From contig JAQGDQ010002479.1 of assembly GCA_030141605.1 (NCBI GenBank), forward strand, positions 1 to 21,572: 21,572 bases of DNA, read 5' to 3'. A program made the translations under genes and the position numbers. The stretch comes from Tubiluchus corallicola. Lineage: Eukaryota > Animalia > Priapulida. Every line of letters begins with the position of its first letter. Position 1 is the first letter of the stretch. This document shows, in pieces, positions 1 through 8,370 of this stretch. A model generated the notes under the pieces. It ran no database searches, had not been told where the DNA came from, and was given only the letters and a program-made list of their open reading frames with translations.

Positions 1-129
1 AAGATAATCAAGGAGTTAGAAGATATTTTAGTAAATAGTATAGGTTTATCATATGACTCTACTAATCCAATACATAAAAAAGATATATTAAATATTGCAG
101 AAAATATATATCAAATAAATGTGAAATAA
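1..129 (+). CDS. 3' end of a CDS truncated by the window edge (KIIKELEDILVNSIGLSYDSTNPIHKKDILNIAENIYQINVK*); unknown function, possibly an immunity-type gene of an RHS locus
   Basis: Frame +1 is open from base 1 to TAA at 127-129 in very AT-rich DNA. It sits just before an RHS-core remnant. Function is inference. Confidence 0.5.
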   Translation, partial: KIIKELEDILVNSIGLSYDSTNPIHKKDILNIAENIYQINVK

Positions 130-169
130 GCACAATTTACTATCTTTACATATAAAAATAACGTTCTTA

Positions 170-286
170 TACATAGACTTCCACGCACGGCAGTACGATG
201 CTAACTTGGGTAGGTGGTTTGCAGTAGACCCTGCTTTGCAGATGCACTCACCTTACCAAGCTATGGGGAATAGTTCTATAATGTTT
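170..286 (+). pseudogene. Orphan RHS repeat-associated core remnant
   Basis: Frame +2 reads YIDFHARQYDANLGRWFAVDPALQMHSPYQAMGNSSIMF, matching the RHS core pattern (D-x-x-AR-x-YD-x-x-LGRW-x-x-VDP...SPY-x-x-x-GN). No upstream ATG in frame (stop at 122-124), no DPxG motif or toxin tip follows, and the frame stops at 347-349. Confidence 0.8.
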
Positions 287-356
287 TTGCTATTTAATAA
301 GAGAATAGTTTTTCTTTACCCTTATCCTAGGGCTTGGTGTGTTTGTTGATGTAATT

Positions 357-488
357 AAAATAAACAGCATATACCACCTCAATTTATGAACTGTTGTTCA
401 GGAATTACATCATGGTCTTCTACAAATGTTGATTTTCGTTTAAGCCATAATCAGTTCACTAACCAAGGTTGGTATAGCTGTTTATTTT
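357..488. repeat. Long imperfect inverted repeat / stem-loop (MITE-like or structured RNA)
   Basis: AAAATAAACAGCATATACCACCT (357-379) pairs with AGGTTGGTATAGCTGTTTATTTT (466-488). Inner pairings are TGAACTG (387-393)/CAGTTCA (452-458) and ATGGTCTT/AAGCCAT. Confidence 0.55.
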
Positions 489-654
489 TCTCATTTTATT
501 AATGAAATACTTACATTCATCAATAAATTACTGTTGATTGAATTAGGTTAATTTAGTTTTCATGGTGCAAAAAATTTTCTTTTTGGCACATCATCTTTTT
601 AAAGTTTATAAATAAAAAATAGTTTCTCAAATTGTTAATTTTATATTTAATAAT

Positions 655-1337
655 CTTAGGTTTAGGTTTTCACGGTGCTCCTCTTTTGCATTGGTTTTTG
701 TTACACATTTTAAAACAACTCTCTTAGGTTTAGGTTTTCACGGTGCTTCTCTTTCGCATTGGTTTTTGTTACACATTTTAAAACAACTCTCTTAGGTTTA
801 GGTTTTCACGGTGCTTCTCTTTCGTATTGGTTTTTTGTTACACATTTTTAAAACAACTCTCTTAGGTTTAGGTCTTCACGGTGCTCCTCTTTTGCATTGG
901 TTTTCGTTACACATTTTAAAACAACTCTCTTAGGTTTAGGTTTTCACGGTGCTCCTCTTTTGCATTGGTTTTCGTTACACATTTTAAAACAACTCTCTTA
1001 GGTTTAGGTTTTCACGGTACTTCTCTTTCGCATTGGTTTTCGTTACACATTTTAAAACAACTCTCTTAGGTTTAGGTTTTCACGGTACTTCTCTTTTGCA
1101 TTGGTTTTTGTTACACATTTTAAAACAACTCTCTTAGGTTTAGGTTTTCACGGTGCTTCTCTTTTGCATTGGTTTTTGTTACACATTTTAAAACAACTCT
1201 CTTAGGTTTAGGTTTTCACGGTGCTTCTCTTTCGTATTGGTTTTTTGTTACACATTTTAAAACAACTCTCTTAGGTTTAGGTTTTCACAGTGCCTCTCTT
1301 TCGCATTGGTTTTTGTTACACATTTTAAAACAATTCT
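655..1337. repeat. Tandem array of ten 68-70-bp units (consensus CTTAGGTTTAGGTTTTCACGGTGCTTCTCTTTYGCATTGGTTTTYGTTACACATTTTAAAACAACTCT), with degenerate copies at ~543-604 and ~1338-1460
   Basis: Unit starts read directly at 655, 723, 791, 861, 929, 997, 1065, 1133, 1201 and 1270. Units are near-identical with no unique spacers. Confidence 0.97.
670..1323 (-). other. Putative array of mini-ORFs, one per repeat unit: MCN(K/E)NQC(K/E)R(G/E)(A/V)(P/L)*
   Basis: 39-nt ATG..TGA frames at 670-708, 738-776, 876-914, 944-982, 1012-1050, 1080-1118, 1148-1186 and 1285-1323. Frameshifted MCNKKPIRKRSTVKT* at 798-845 and 1208-1255. Each ATG is preceded by an A-run (TTTTAAA(A)). Translation is not demonstrated. 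Confidence 0.4.
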
Positions 1338-1887
1338 ATTAGGTTTAGGTCTTCACGGTGTTTCTACTTTCGCACTGTTTTTTTATATGTTAAGTTTTTT
1401 TTAGGTTTAGCTTTTTTATGGTGGTGTATTTTCTCTTTTTTTACATTTTCTATAAAACAGTGCAAACTAAAGGTTCCCCCTAGGCACCATACCATAACAT
1501 ATTGGACACTCTACAGCACCATGTCTTGGGCATGATCCTCCTTTAGTAATCATTTGTTTTGCATTGTTTAGTTCAAACTTAGCTAAACCCTCCATTAATA
1601 ATTAATCAGTCCTTGCTATCCTTTTACTTTAAGTGAAAAAACTATTTTTATCTTAAATGTATAAATTGCTTATTCTGCTCTCTTAGTTTTAATTTCTTCA
1701 CACTATTTAAAAAGTATATAGCATTTGCTAAAAAAACAATTAACTAACACTTTTGAGTTAAGCACACAATGTTTTGCTTTTATATAAATATAGTATGTTC
1801 TCAAAAGGAAAAGTTACACTTTTTAACTTTTTTTAACATAATAAATTTTCACTTAAATTTCATTATCTTGTAAATCAATATTTTGAA

Positions 1888-1909
1888 TTTTATATTTGCA
1901 AATATAAAA
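1888..1909. promoter_or_regulatory. Perfect 22-bp palindrome containing a Bacteroidota -7 element (TATATTTG) on both strands; candidate bidirectional promoter/operator
   Basis: TTTTATATTTGCAAATATAAAA. TAnnTTTG at 1891-1898 (+) has TTG 20 nt upstream (1868-1870); a second copy lies at 1899-1906 (-). Confidence 0.45.
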
Positions 1910-2046
1910 AAAATGTTATAAACAAATAAAAAAATATAAAATATCTACTTTTTTTTTTCTCAAAGGTTTTTTTAGACATCTGCACATTGTAGTTATTTCT
2001 TATGCTCTTTACTCATTTACCTTATTTTTAATTCAATTCTTTTCAT

Positions 2047-2054
2047 TAGTTTTG
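2047..2054 (+). promoter_or_regulatory. Candidate -7 promoter element (TAGTTTTG) for the CHAT gene
   Basis: Matches TAnnTTTG, about 30 nt upstream of ATG 2084. Confidence 0.35.
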
Positions 2055-2083
2055 TAAAAAATAGAGACAGACACATTAAAGAA

Positions 2084-4942
2084 ATGCATTCTTACAATAC
2101 CTCTTCTTTTTTAGCACGTTTTCTTTTTGCTTGGGGTATTGTTGTGTGGCTAAGTATGGGCTTTTCTTTTGCAGCCGAGAAAACAGAATTCGAAATGTTT
2201 AACAGCTACGATTCGTTAGCTTTTCGTTATTTTTTCGAAAACGATTTTTTACAAGCCATCAACTACTGGGAGAAGGCTTTGGAATATGAACAAAAAAGAG
2301 AAGAAGTAAACTCTTGGGCTATAGGCAACATCAATTTTAGTTTAGGTATTTCGAACAATCTTATAGAAGCTTATCGGAGTGCTTTGGAGCATTTTAAGCA
2401 AGCAGCTACACTAATGCCCCAAGACAGCCTACTATGGATACGAGCAATAAGTGCAATGGCTTTTAACTATGTTGACCTTGATGCCGAAGACGAACTACAA
2501 TATCTCTATAACTACATCAAACCTATAGTAGATACCCACCCACAATACAAGGACTATTGGGTACATATGGGTTTGTTTTTGTCCTCTACTTATTATAATT
2601 TCAGCAACTACCAAAAGGCCATTGATCTGGTAGAGGACTTAATAGAACATCATATGGAAGGTATCGACCTCCACCACCGTTGGTCGACATATGCCTATCT
2701 TTCTACTTACTATATAAAAATAGAGGACGACAGTACAGCCCTTGCACTGATAAACCATATAGAACAAGAAATGGAAGCAACTCAGGAAGAAGTAGGTTTC
2801 CGAAAGATGTCTTGGTATTGGGCAAAATGGTTCTACCATATGGAGCGGAAGGAGTATGAGCAAAGTATTTTTTATATGCAAAAAAGAGCAGATTTGCTAA
2901 AGCAGAATCCTTTTTATGAAAGCTATGTATTTCTTGCCAGAGTTTGTAACGAGGCAGGCAGGTACGAAGAGGCTTTGCAGTACAGCCACCGTGCCTTACA
3001 ACTACGCGGCAGAGGGAAGTTTGCTACCAGCAGCCCATTGGAAATACCTGAACTGAACCCAACTACTATAAGGGTATTGGATTATATTTTGTATGAAAAA
3101 ACCTTGAGTATGTATGGCCTCTACATCCAAAAGCCAGAGGGCAGGCAGCACTACTTAGAAAAAATGGTGGCACACAACGGGGAAATAATAACCCACTTAC
3201 ATACTGCTTTGAACTACGAAACCTTAGAGAAAAGTAAGCTGCAAATTGCCAAAAACATAAAGTTCTTTGCCAACCCTACAATAGCTGCCTGCTACAAGAT
3301 GTACAAACTTACAGGCGATGATGTTTACAAAGAAAAAAGCTTTTACTATGCTGAAAAGTCAAAAGCTTCGGTGCTACAGTCGGAGATAAGAGAAAAGCAA
3401 AACCTCGAAGTACTGGGCGAAAACAATCCCTTGTACAAAGAAGTAATGTGGCAGCGTTCGGCTATATTGAAGCTCAACAGTAGGCTGCTATACATTACTG
3501 ATATACACAAAAAAGCAGAAACTGTAAAACAACTATCAGAAGTCTCTGATGCCTATACCCAAAACATAAGAAAGATAGAAGTAGAATATCCCGAATATTA
3601 TATGATGAAATACAAACGAGATGTTATTTCAATAGCAACATTGCAGAAACGCTTAGCAGAAAAAGAAACTCTTATAGAATACTCACTGGCAGATACACTA
3701 CTACATATATTTGTAGTATCGAATAATGGTTTTAAGGTATATGAACGTACACTGACAGATAGCTTTTTCAAAGACTTAGATACCATAGCTCACCTTGTTA
3801 GCGAAAATAATATCAACTTTATGGGACGCTTGATAGATGCTCGTGGCTTTATCGAACCTGCTATTAGGCTTTACAATACAGTTATGCCTAAGGATATTCC
3901 CCAAGAAGAAGTTTTGTATATAATTCCAGATGGGAAATTGAATAATCTGTCGTTTGATATGTTGTTGAAAATTCCCGAAGAATATAATATAGATTCTTTA
4001 CAGCATCTCGACCTAAAAGAGCTGCCCTACCTTGTAAAATATCATCCCATAAGCTATTTATATACTGCTACTTCGCATTTTCTGAGCCATAAGAGAAAAC
4101 AGCCTAGCCCCATTAAAAACATAATGGCTATTGCTCCAGAACACGACTTAAAGTTTTCGGAAGATGGCGAAACTATTATGGGAAATTTTCCCTTGTTAGG
4201 AGCAGAAGAGGAAGTAATGTCAATAGCCAATATGTTTGAAAAGCATACTGATGCTCGTGTAGAAATACTAGTTGGTGAGGATGCTAAGAAAGAACATTTT
4301 ATGAAAATGCAGCACGATTTTGATATTGTGCATATTGCTACACACGGTGTTATAGAGGAGCAAGAGCCTTCTTTATCTGCTTTGATTTTTTCGCCCGTTC
4401 ACAAGCCAGAAGATAGTGAGTTGAATTTGTATGATATATCCGACTTACAATCCAAGAGCGAGCTTACAGTTCTAACAGCTTGCTTGTCGCAGGCAGGAAA
4501 TGTTTACGATGGAGAGGGGATAATGAGCTTGGCAAGGTCGTTTTTCTACTCAGGAAGTAAAAGCCTTATTGTTTCTCTTTGGGCAGTGGAAGATAGGATT
4601 AGTAAAATTTTGTTGGAACTTTTCTATGAAAATGTGTTGAATGGTATGCCTCTGCATTTGGCTTTGAGAGATTTAAAGTTGCTTTATTTAGAGAGCCATA
4701 TAGGCCAAGACCAACACCCAATATACTGGGCAAACTTAGTACTTTATGGCGAAAGACACAACATATACCCTAAGCGAAAAAAAAATATAATAACGGAATA
4801 TTCCGATGCTATACAAAACCCTTTGGAATTGTTGGCTAAAAAGAAAAGACAAAAAACTTACAAATTTTTAGTTTATTCTGCACTGATTTTATTAACAAGT
4901 TTTTTTATCGACCGCTTATTGTTGAAAAAAGGCAAAATATAG
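2084..4942 (+). CDS. TPR-repeat + CHAT domain (caspase-like cysteine protease) protein with N-terminal signal peptide and C-terminal membrane anchor
   Basis: TPR-like helices (AINYWEKALE, ALEHFKQA, YEEALQYSHRAL). CHAT motifs IIPDGKLNNLSFDML, HIATHG (His754), LTACLS (Cys800), GEGIMSLARSFFYSGSKSLIVSLWAVED and HPIYWANLVLYG. Hydrophobic N- and C-termini. Confidence 0.93.
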   Translation: MHSYNTSSFLARFLFAWGIVVWLSMGFSFAAEKTEFEMFNSYDSLAFRYFFENDFLQAINYWEKALEYEQKREEVNSWAIGNINFSLGISNNLIEAYRSALEHFKQAATLMPQDSLLWIRAISAMAFNYVDLDAEDELQYLYNYIKPIVDTHPQYKDYWVHMGLFLSSTYYNFSNYQKAIDLVEDLIEHHMEGIDLHHRWSTYAYLSTYYIKIEDDSTALALINHIEQEMEATQEEVGFRKMSWYWAKWFYHMERKEYEQSIFYMQKRADLLKQNPFYESYVFLARVCNEAGRYEEALQYSHRALQLRGRGKFATSSPLEIPELNPTTIRVLDYILYEKTLSMYGLYIQKPEGRQHYLEKMVAHNGEIITHLHTALNYETLEKSKLQIAKNIKFFANPTIAACYKMYKLTGDDVYKEKSFYYAEKSKASVLQSEIREKQNLEVLGENNPLYKEVMWQRSAILKLNSRLLYITDIHKKAETVKQLSEVSDAYTQNIRKIEVEYPEYYMMKYKRDVISIATLQKRLAEKETLIEYSLADTLLHIFVVSNNGFKVYERTLTDSFFKDLDTIAHLVSENNINFMGRLIDARGFIEPAIRLYNTVMPKDIPQEEVLYIIPDGKLNNLSFDMLLKIPEEYNIDSLQHLDLKELPYLVKYHPISYLYTATSHFLSHKRKQPSPIKNIMAIAPEHDLKFSEDGETIMGNFPLLGAEEEVMSIANMFEKHTDARVEILVGEDAKKEHFMKMQHDFDIVHIATHGVIEEQEPSLSALIFSPVHKPEDSELNLYDISDLQSKSELTVLTACLSQAGNVYDGEGIMSLARSFFYSGSKSLIVSLWAVEDRISKILLELFYENVLNGMPLHLALRDLKLLYLESHIGQDQHPIYWANLVLYGERHNIYPKRKKNIITEYSDAIQNPLELLAKKKRQKTYKFLVYSALILLTSFFIDRLLLKKGKI

Positions 4943-4966
4943 ATTCTAACAAAAGTTAAATACAAT

Positions 4967-7675
4967 ATGAAAAAGGTGTTTATATACGTTTTTGTTGTTA
5001 CAGCACTATTCCTTCAAGGCTTCGAAGGCTTGTTAAAAGCTGAAATTAATGATCTGATAGAACATTATAATGGCTTGAGGGTAGCAGAAAAAACCTATCT
5101 GCATTTCGATAGAGACTTATATGCACAGGGCGATACTGCTTGGTTCAAGGCTTATGTTGTAGACGAAGTGAAGCATCAACTAAGTGCTAATAGCAAGACT
5201 CTATACGTTCATCTGATTAATGAAAAAGGTATAGATGTAGAAAGCCTTAAATTTCCTATTATTAATGGAACTGTACACGGTTATATTCCTTTTGATAAGA
5301 ATGAAGAAGAAGGAATTTATGAAGTGGTTGCTTTTACTAGTTGGATGAAAAATTTTGATACAGAATATTCTTTTAAAAGAAGAATATATCTTGAAAAGAA
5401 GAAGGAGAGCGAACTGTTTCTGAATGTAATGTTTGATAACGAAAAGTATTATGTTGGCGATTCTGTGCATATAGATTTGTCGGTTATAGATAAAACAGGC
5501 AGCCTTTATACCAACCGTTTGAATTATAGGTTGAAAATAGACGATGAGGTTGTTATGGAACAAAGAAAAAGATTGAACAGCGAGGGAAAGTTAGGAATTT
5601 CTTTTCTGTTGCCCGAGGGATCATCCGAACTCTCTACATACTTGGAGTTGGTAGTAAATGCCCGCTCCGATGATGAGCAGGTTAATAAGTATTTAATTCC
5701 AGTGAAGGACAATAAGCTGAATGTGCAATTCTTTCCAGAAGGAGGATATTTGATAAAAAACCTTCGCTCTAATATGGCTTTTAAAGTTACTAACAACAAG
5801 GGAGAACCCGTGGAGGTAGAGGCAGATTTGTTGGTGGATGGTAAAGGAGTTCTTAAAAAAGTAAAGACAGATTTTAATGGAATGGGTAAATTTAGCCTTC
5901 TGCCAGTTGCCCACAACAGTTTTTCTTTGAAAATCAACTCTCCTCAATCTTATAGTGCAACTTATAAACTTCCTACTCCGTTAAAAGAAGGGTATATTAT
6001 CAACTATATAAGTCAAACAGATAGCCAGCTGATTATTAGGGTAGGACATAATTATACTGAAAATAAACCAATGTCTTTATCTCTTAATATGAGGGGAAGA
6101 ACTTACTATACGATTCAATCTGTTATAGGTAATTATGCAAATGTTAGAATACCCGTTGTCGATTGTCCCGATGGTGTTGCAGTGCTTACACTTTTCGATG
6201 AGAAAAATAAGCCTTGTGCCGAACGACTTGTATTTATCAATAGAAACCGACTTTTGAATATAGAAGTATCTCAAAAATATGAATACTTTCTAAATAGGCA
6301 GGAAGTAGTTTTAGACCTTACTGTTACTGACGAAAATGGACAACCTATGCCTGCTAATCTTTCTTTGGCAGTTGTTGATTCTATAAACTCTCATAGTTCT
6401 AAAATTTGTTCTGCCAACATTTTATCTGAACTAATGTTGAGACCAGAGATAAGGGGAAAAATAAAAAATCCTAATGCTTATTTCAACAAAAATAACCCTA
6501 ATGCAACCGAGCATCTAGACTTGTTGCTACTCACACAGGGATGGAGAAAATACAATTGGCTGGAAAAAAAAGAAGTGGTATTACAGAATTTTGAACAGAT
6601 AGGAGGAAAAGTTTTAAGAGGTAAAAAACCTTCGCCCAATGCTTCTATCATATTGTTTATCAACAACGGTAGTGGAGTCTTTAATTTCAATACCAATGAT
6701 AAGGGTGTATTTAATATTTCGCCTGCTTATGAAGATAGGGATATTCCTTCATTTCTATTTTTAGCACAATCAAATAAAGGAAGTAACAATGTGAAGATTA
6801 ATATTTTTGAAGAAGATAAGACTTATGAGTCATCAGTTTTAAGTTATAACGATTCGCAGCTGTTAGCCTTAAAAGATTTTCACAATCCTATTGGTTTTTT
6901 CAAGAATAATAAGGACTCTATTATCATCAATGCAGGAAATACCACGAGAGTTCTTTCGGAAGTTACGGTAATTGGCAAAAGAAAGGAGGAAGATGCTATT
7001 AGTTCTTCTTATGAAACTACTTCTGCAAGGCATAGAAAAGGTAGCGATTTGATAGCAGGAGGTGGTTTTATAGACTTGTTAAGACAGGTTACTTTTATAT
7101 CTGAACATAGCCTCGTTACTGGTAATGTTTTGCTAAGACCTTTGAGGGGTGGCAATAATTTTAATATTGGAGGACTTACAGAGGATGATGCTTTCGGAAT
7201 GAACGATGAAAGAGGAACATTATTCGTTGTAGATGGAATAGAGGTGGGTAGAATAGTGAACGATTTGGATTATCTCACTCCTGAAAATATAAAATATATA
7301 ATGGTTGTACCTCCTGACGATGCATTTTTTCAATACGGTACAAGGGGCTTGTACGGGGTTGTAGTGGTAGAAACAAAAGGGGGAGTTGTTGCACAACAAA
7401 CAGGTGATGCTGCAAACAAGGCTGTTGTGAAGCCCTTCGCTCCTTATAGAACATTTTACGCTCCTATTTACGATACCGATTTTAAGAGAATGGATATTAT
7501 GCCAGATATAAGAACAACAATGGATTGGCAACCCGAGATACAAGTAGATGCTTCGGGAAAAGCAAGCGTATCTTTTTACACCTCTGACAACAAGGGAATT
7601 ATGAATATTATTGTTCAAGAAATTGGTAATTATGAATATTTAGGATACCAAAAACAAAGTTTTGAAGTTAAATAA
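4967..7675 (+). CDS. Exported Bacteroidota macroglobulin(MG)-like domain protein with TonB-plug-like region, no beta-barrel
   Basis: Signal peptide. Family motifs EKTYLHFDRDLYAQGDTAWFKAY, FFPEGG, ANLSLAVVD, DLLLLTQGWR, LSEVTVIGK, plug-like FVVDG...YGTRGLYGVVVVETK and DIRTTMDWQP. Confidence 0.75.
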   Translation: MKKVFIYVFVVTALFLQGFEGLLKAEINDLIEHYNGLRVAEKTYLHFDRDLYAQGDTAWFKAYVVDEVKHQLSANSKTLYVHLINEKGIDVESLKFPIINGTVHGYIPFDKNEEEGIYEVVAFTSWMKNFDTEYSFKRRIYLEKKKESELFLNVMFDNEKYYVGDSVHIDLSVIDKTGSLYTNRLNYRLKIDDEVVMEQRKRLNSEGKLGISFLLPEGSSELSTYLELVVNARSDDEQVNKYLIPVKDNKLNVQFFPEGGYLIKNLRSNMAFKVTNNKGEPVEVEADLLVDGKGVLKKVKTDFNGMGKFSLLPVAHNSFSLKINSPQSYSATYKLPTPLKEGYIINYISQTDSQLIIRVGHNYTENKPMSLSLNMRGRTYYTIQSVIGNYANVRIPVVDCPDGVAVLTLFDEKNKPCAERLVFINRNRLLNIEVSQKYEYFLNRQEVVLDLTVTDENGQPMPANLSLAVVDSINSHSSKICSANILSELMLRPEIRGKIKNPNAYFNKNNPNATEHLDLLLLTQGWRKYNWLEKKEVVLQNFEQIGGKVLRGKKPSPNASIILFINNGSGVFNFNTNDKGVFNISPAYEDRDIPSFLFLAQSNKGSNNVKINIFEEDKTYESSVLSYNDSQLLALKDFHNPIGFFKNNKDSIIINAGNTTRVLSEVTVIGKRKEEDAISSSYETTSARHRKGSDLIAGGGFIDLLRQVTFISEHSLVTGNVLLRPLRGGNNFNIGGLTEDDAFGMNDERGTLFVVDGIEVGRIVNDLDYLTPENIKYIMVVPPDDAFFQYGTRGLYGVVVVETKGGVVAQQTGDAANKAVVKPFAPYRTFYAPIYDTDFKRMDIMPDIRTTMDWQPEIQVDASGKASVSFYTSDNKGIMNIIVQEIGNYEYLGYQKQSFEVK

Positions 7676-7691
7676 AAGAAAAATATCAAAA

Positions 7692-8159
7692 ATGAAAAAA
7701 GCAATATTTGCAGGCTCGTTCGACCCCATTACTATTGGACACGAAAATATTGTAAAAAGAGCCCTAAACTTATTCGACGAAATTGTTATTGCCATAGGTA
7801 ATAATGGAGCCAAAAAGTATCATTTCTCCGTGAAAAAAAGAAAGTCTTTGGTAGAAAAGACTTTTGCCTCTTACCCCAAAGTCAAAGTTATGGTTTATGA
7901 TAAACTAACTGTGGAATTCTGCCAAGAGATAGAGGCACAGTATATGATAAGGGGCATACGCAATAATCTTGATTTTGAATACGAGAAAACCATTGCACAG
8001 AATAATAAAAAGTTGGCTGCAGAGATAGAAACCTTGTTTTTAATGACTGCTCCCGAACATTCGCATATATCGTCAACTGTGTTGCGAGATATTTTAAGAC
8101 ACGATGGAGACTTTATGTCGTTTGTACCTACAGTTTTGAACAGAGAAGATTTTGTATAA
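7692..8159 (+). CDS. coaD: Phosphopantetheine adenylyltransferase
   Basis: MKKAIFAGSFDPITIGH (FDP..GH motif), IRGIR...DFEYE, ETLFL...ISST. ATG 7692 is preferred over the TTG at 7662, which overlaps the upstream gene. Confidence 0.97.
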   Translation: MKKAIFAGSFDPITIGHENIVKRALNLFDEIVIAIGNNGAKKYHFSVKKRKSLVEKTFASYPKVKVMVYDKLTVEFCQEIEAQYMIRGIRNNLDFEYEKTIAQNNKKLAAEIETLFLMTAPEHSHISSTVLRDILRHDGDFMSFVPTVLNREDFV

Positions 8160-8325
8160 GTCGCTTACTATAAGAATACTGCCTTAGTTTGAGCTTTTGA
8201 TGTAGAGTGTTGCCAAAACTAACTATTCAATGATTTTCTTCAATTGTTAGGTTTTTGCTTACAATGTCTGCTATAATTATAAAAAAATAGTTGTTTTTTA
8301 ATAATTTCTATAACAATTATTTTTC

Positions 8326-8333
8326 TAAATTTG
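8326..8333 (+). promoter_or_regulatory. Candidate -7 promoter element (TAAATTTG) for the efflux operon
   Basis: Matches TAnnTTTG, about 37 nt upstream of ATG 8371. No clear -33 element. Confidence 0.4.
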
Positions 8334-8370
8334 CGTTTTGTTTACTAAGTTTCTCATAGTATAAAGTAAA

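Noticed and set aside
656-666. Telomere-like TTAGGTTTAGG in each unit
   Set aside because: Only two GG doublets in this motif, no G3 runs, and a bacterial context.
655-1337. 68-bp array as a CRISPR array
   Set aside because: Period is similar to the true array (65-66 bp), but there are no unique spacers; units differ only by point changes. The resemblance TTG-TTTTAAAATGT vs TTGCTTTTAAATTGT is short and AT-rich.
2084-4942. TPR-CHAT as a Craspase (Csx29) linked to the CRISPR array
   Set aside because: About 14.5 kb away across housekeeping genes, no Cas7-11 in the window, the repeat is II-C-like, and the protein appears exported.
7662-7691. N-terminal extension of CoaD
   Set aside because: The TTG start overlaps the upstream gene; CoaD proteins typically begin at MKKAIF (7692).
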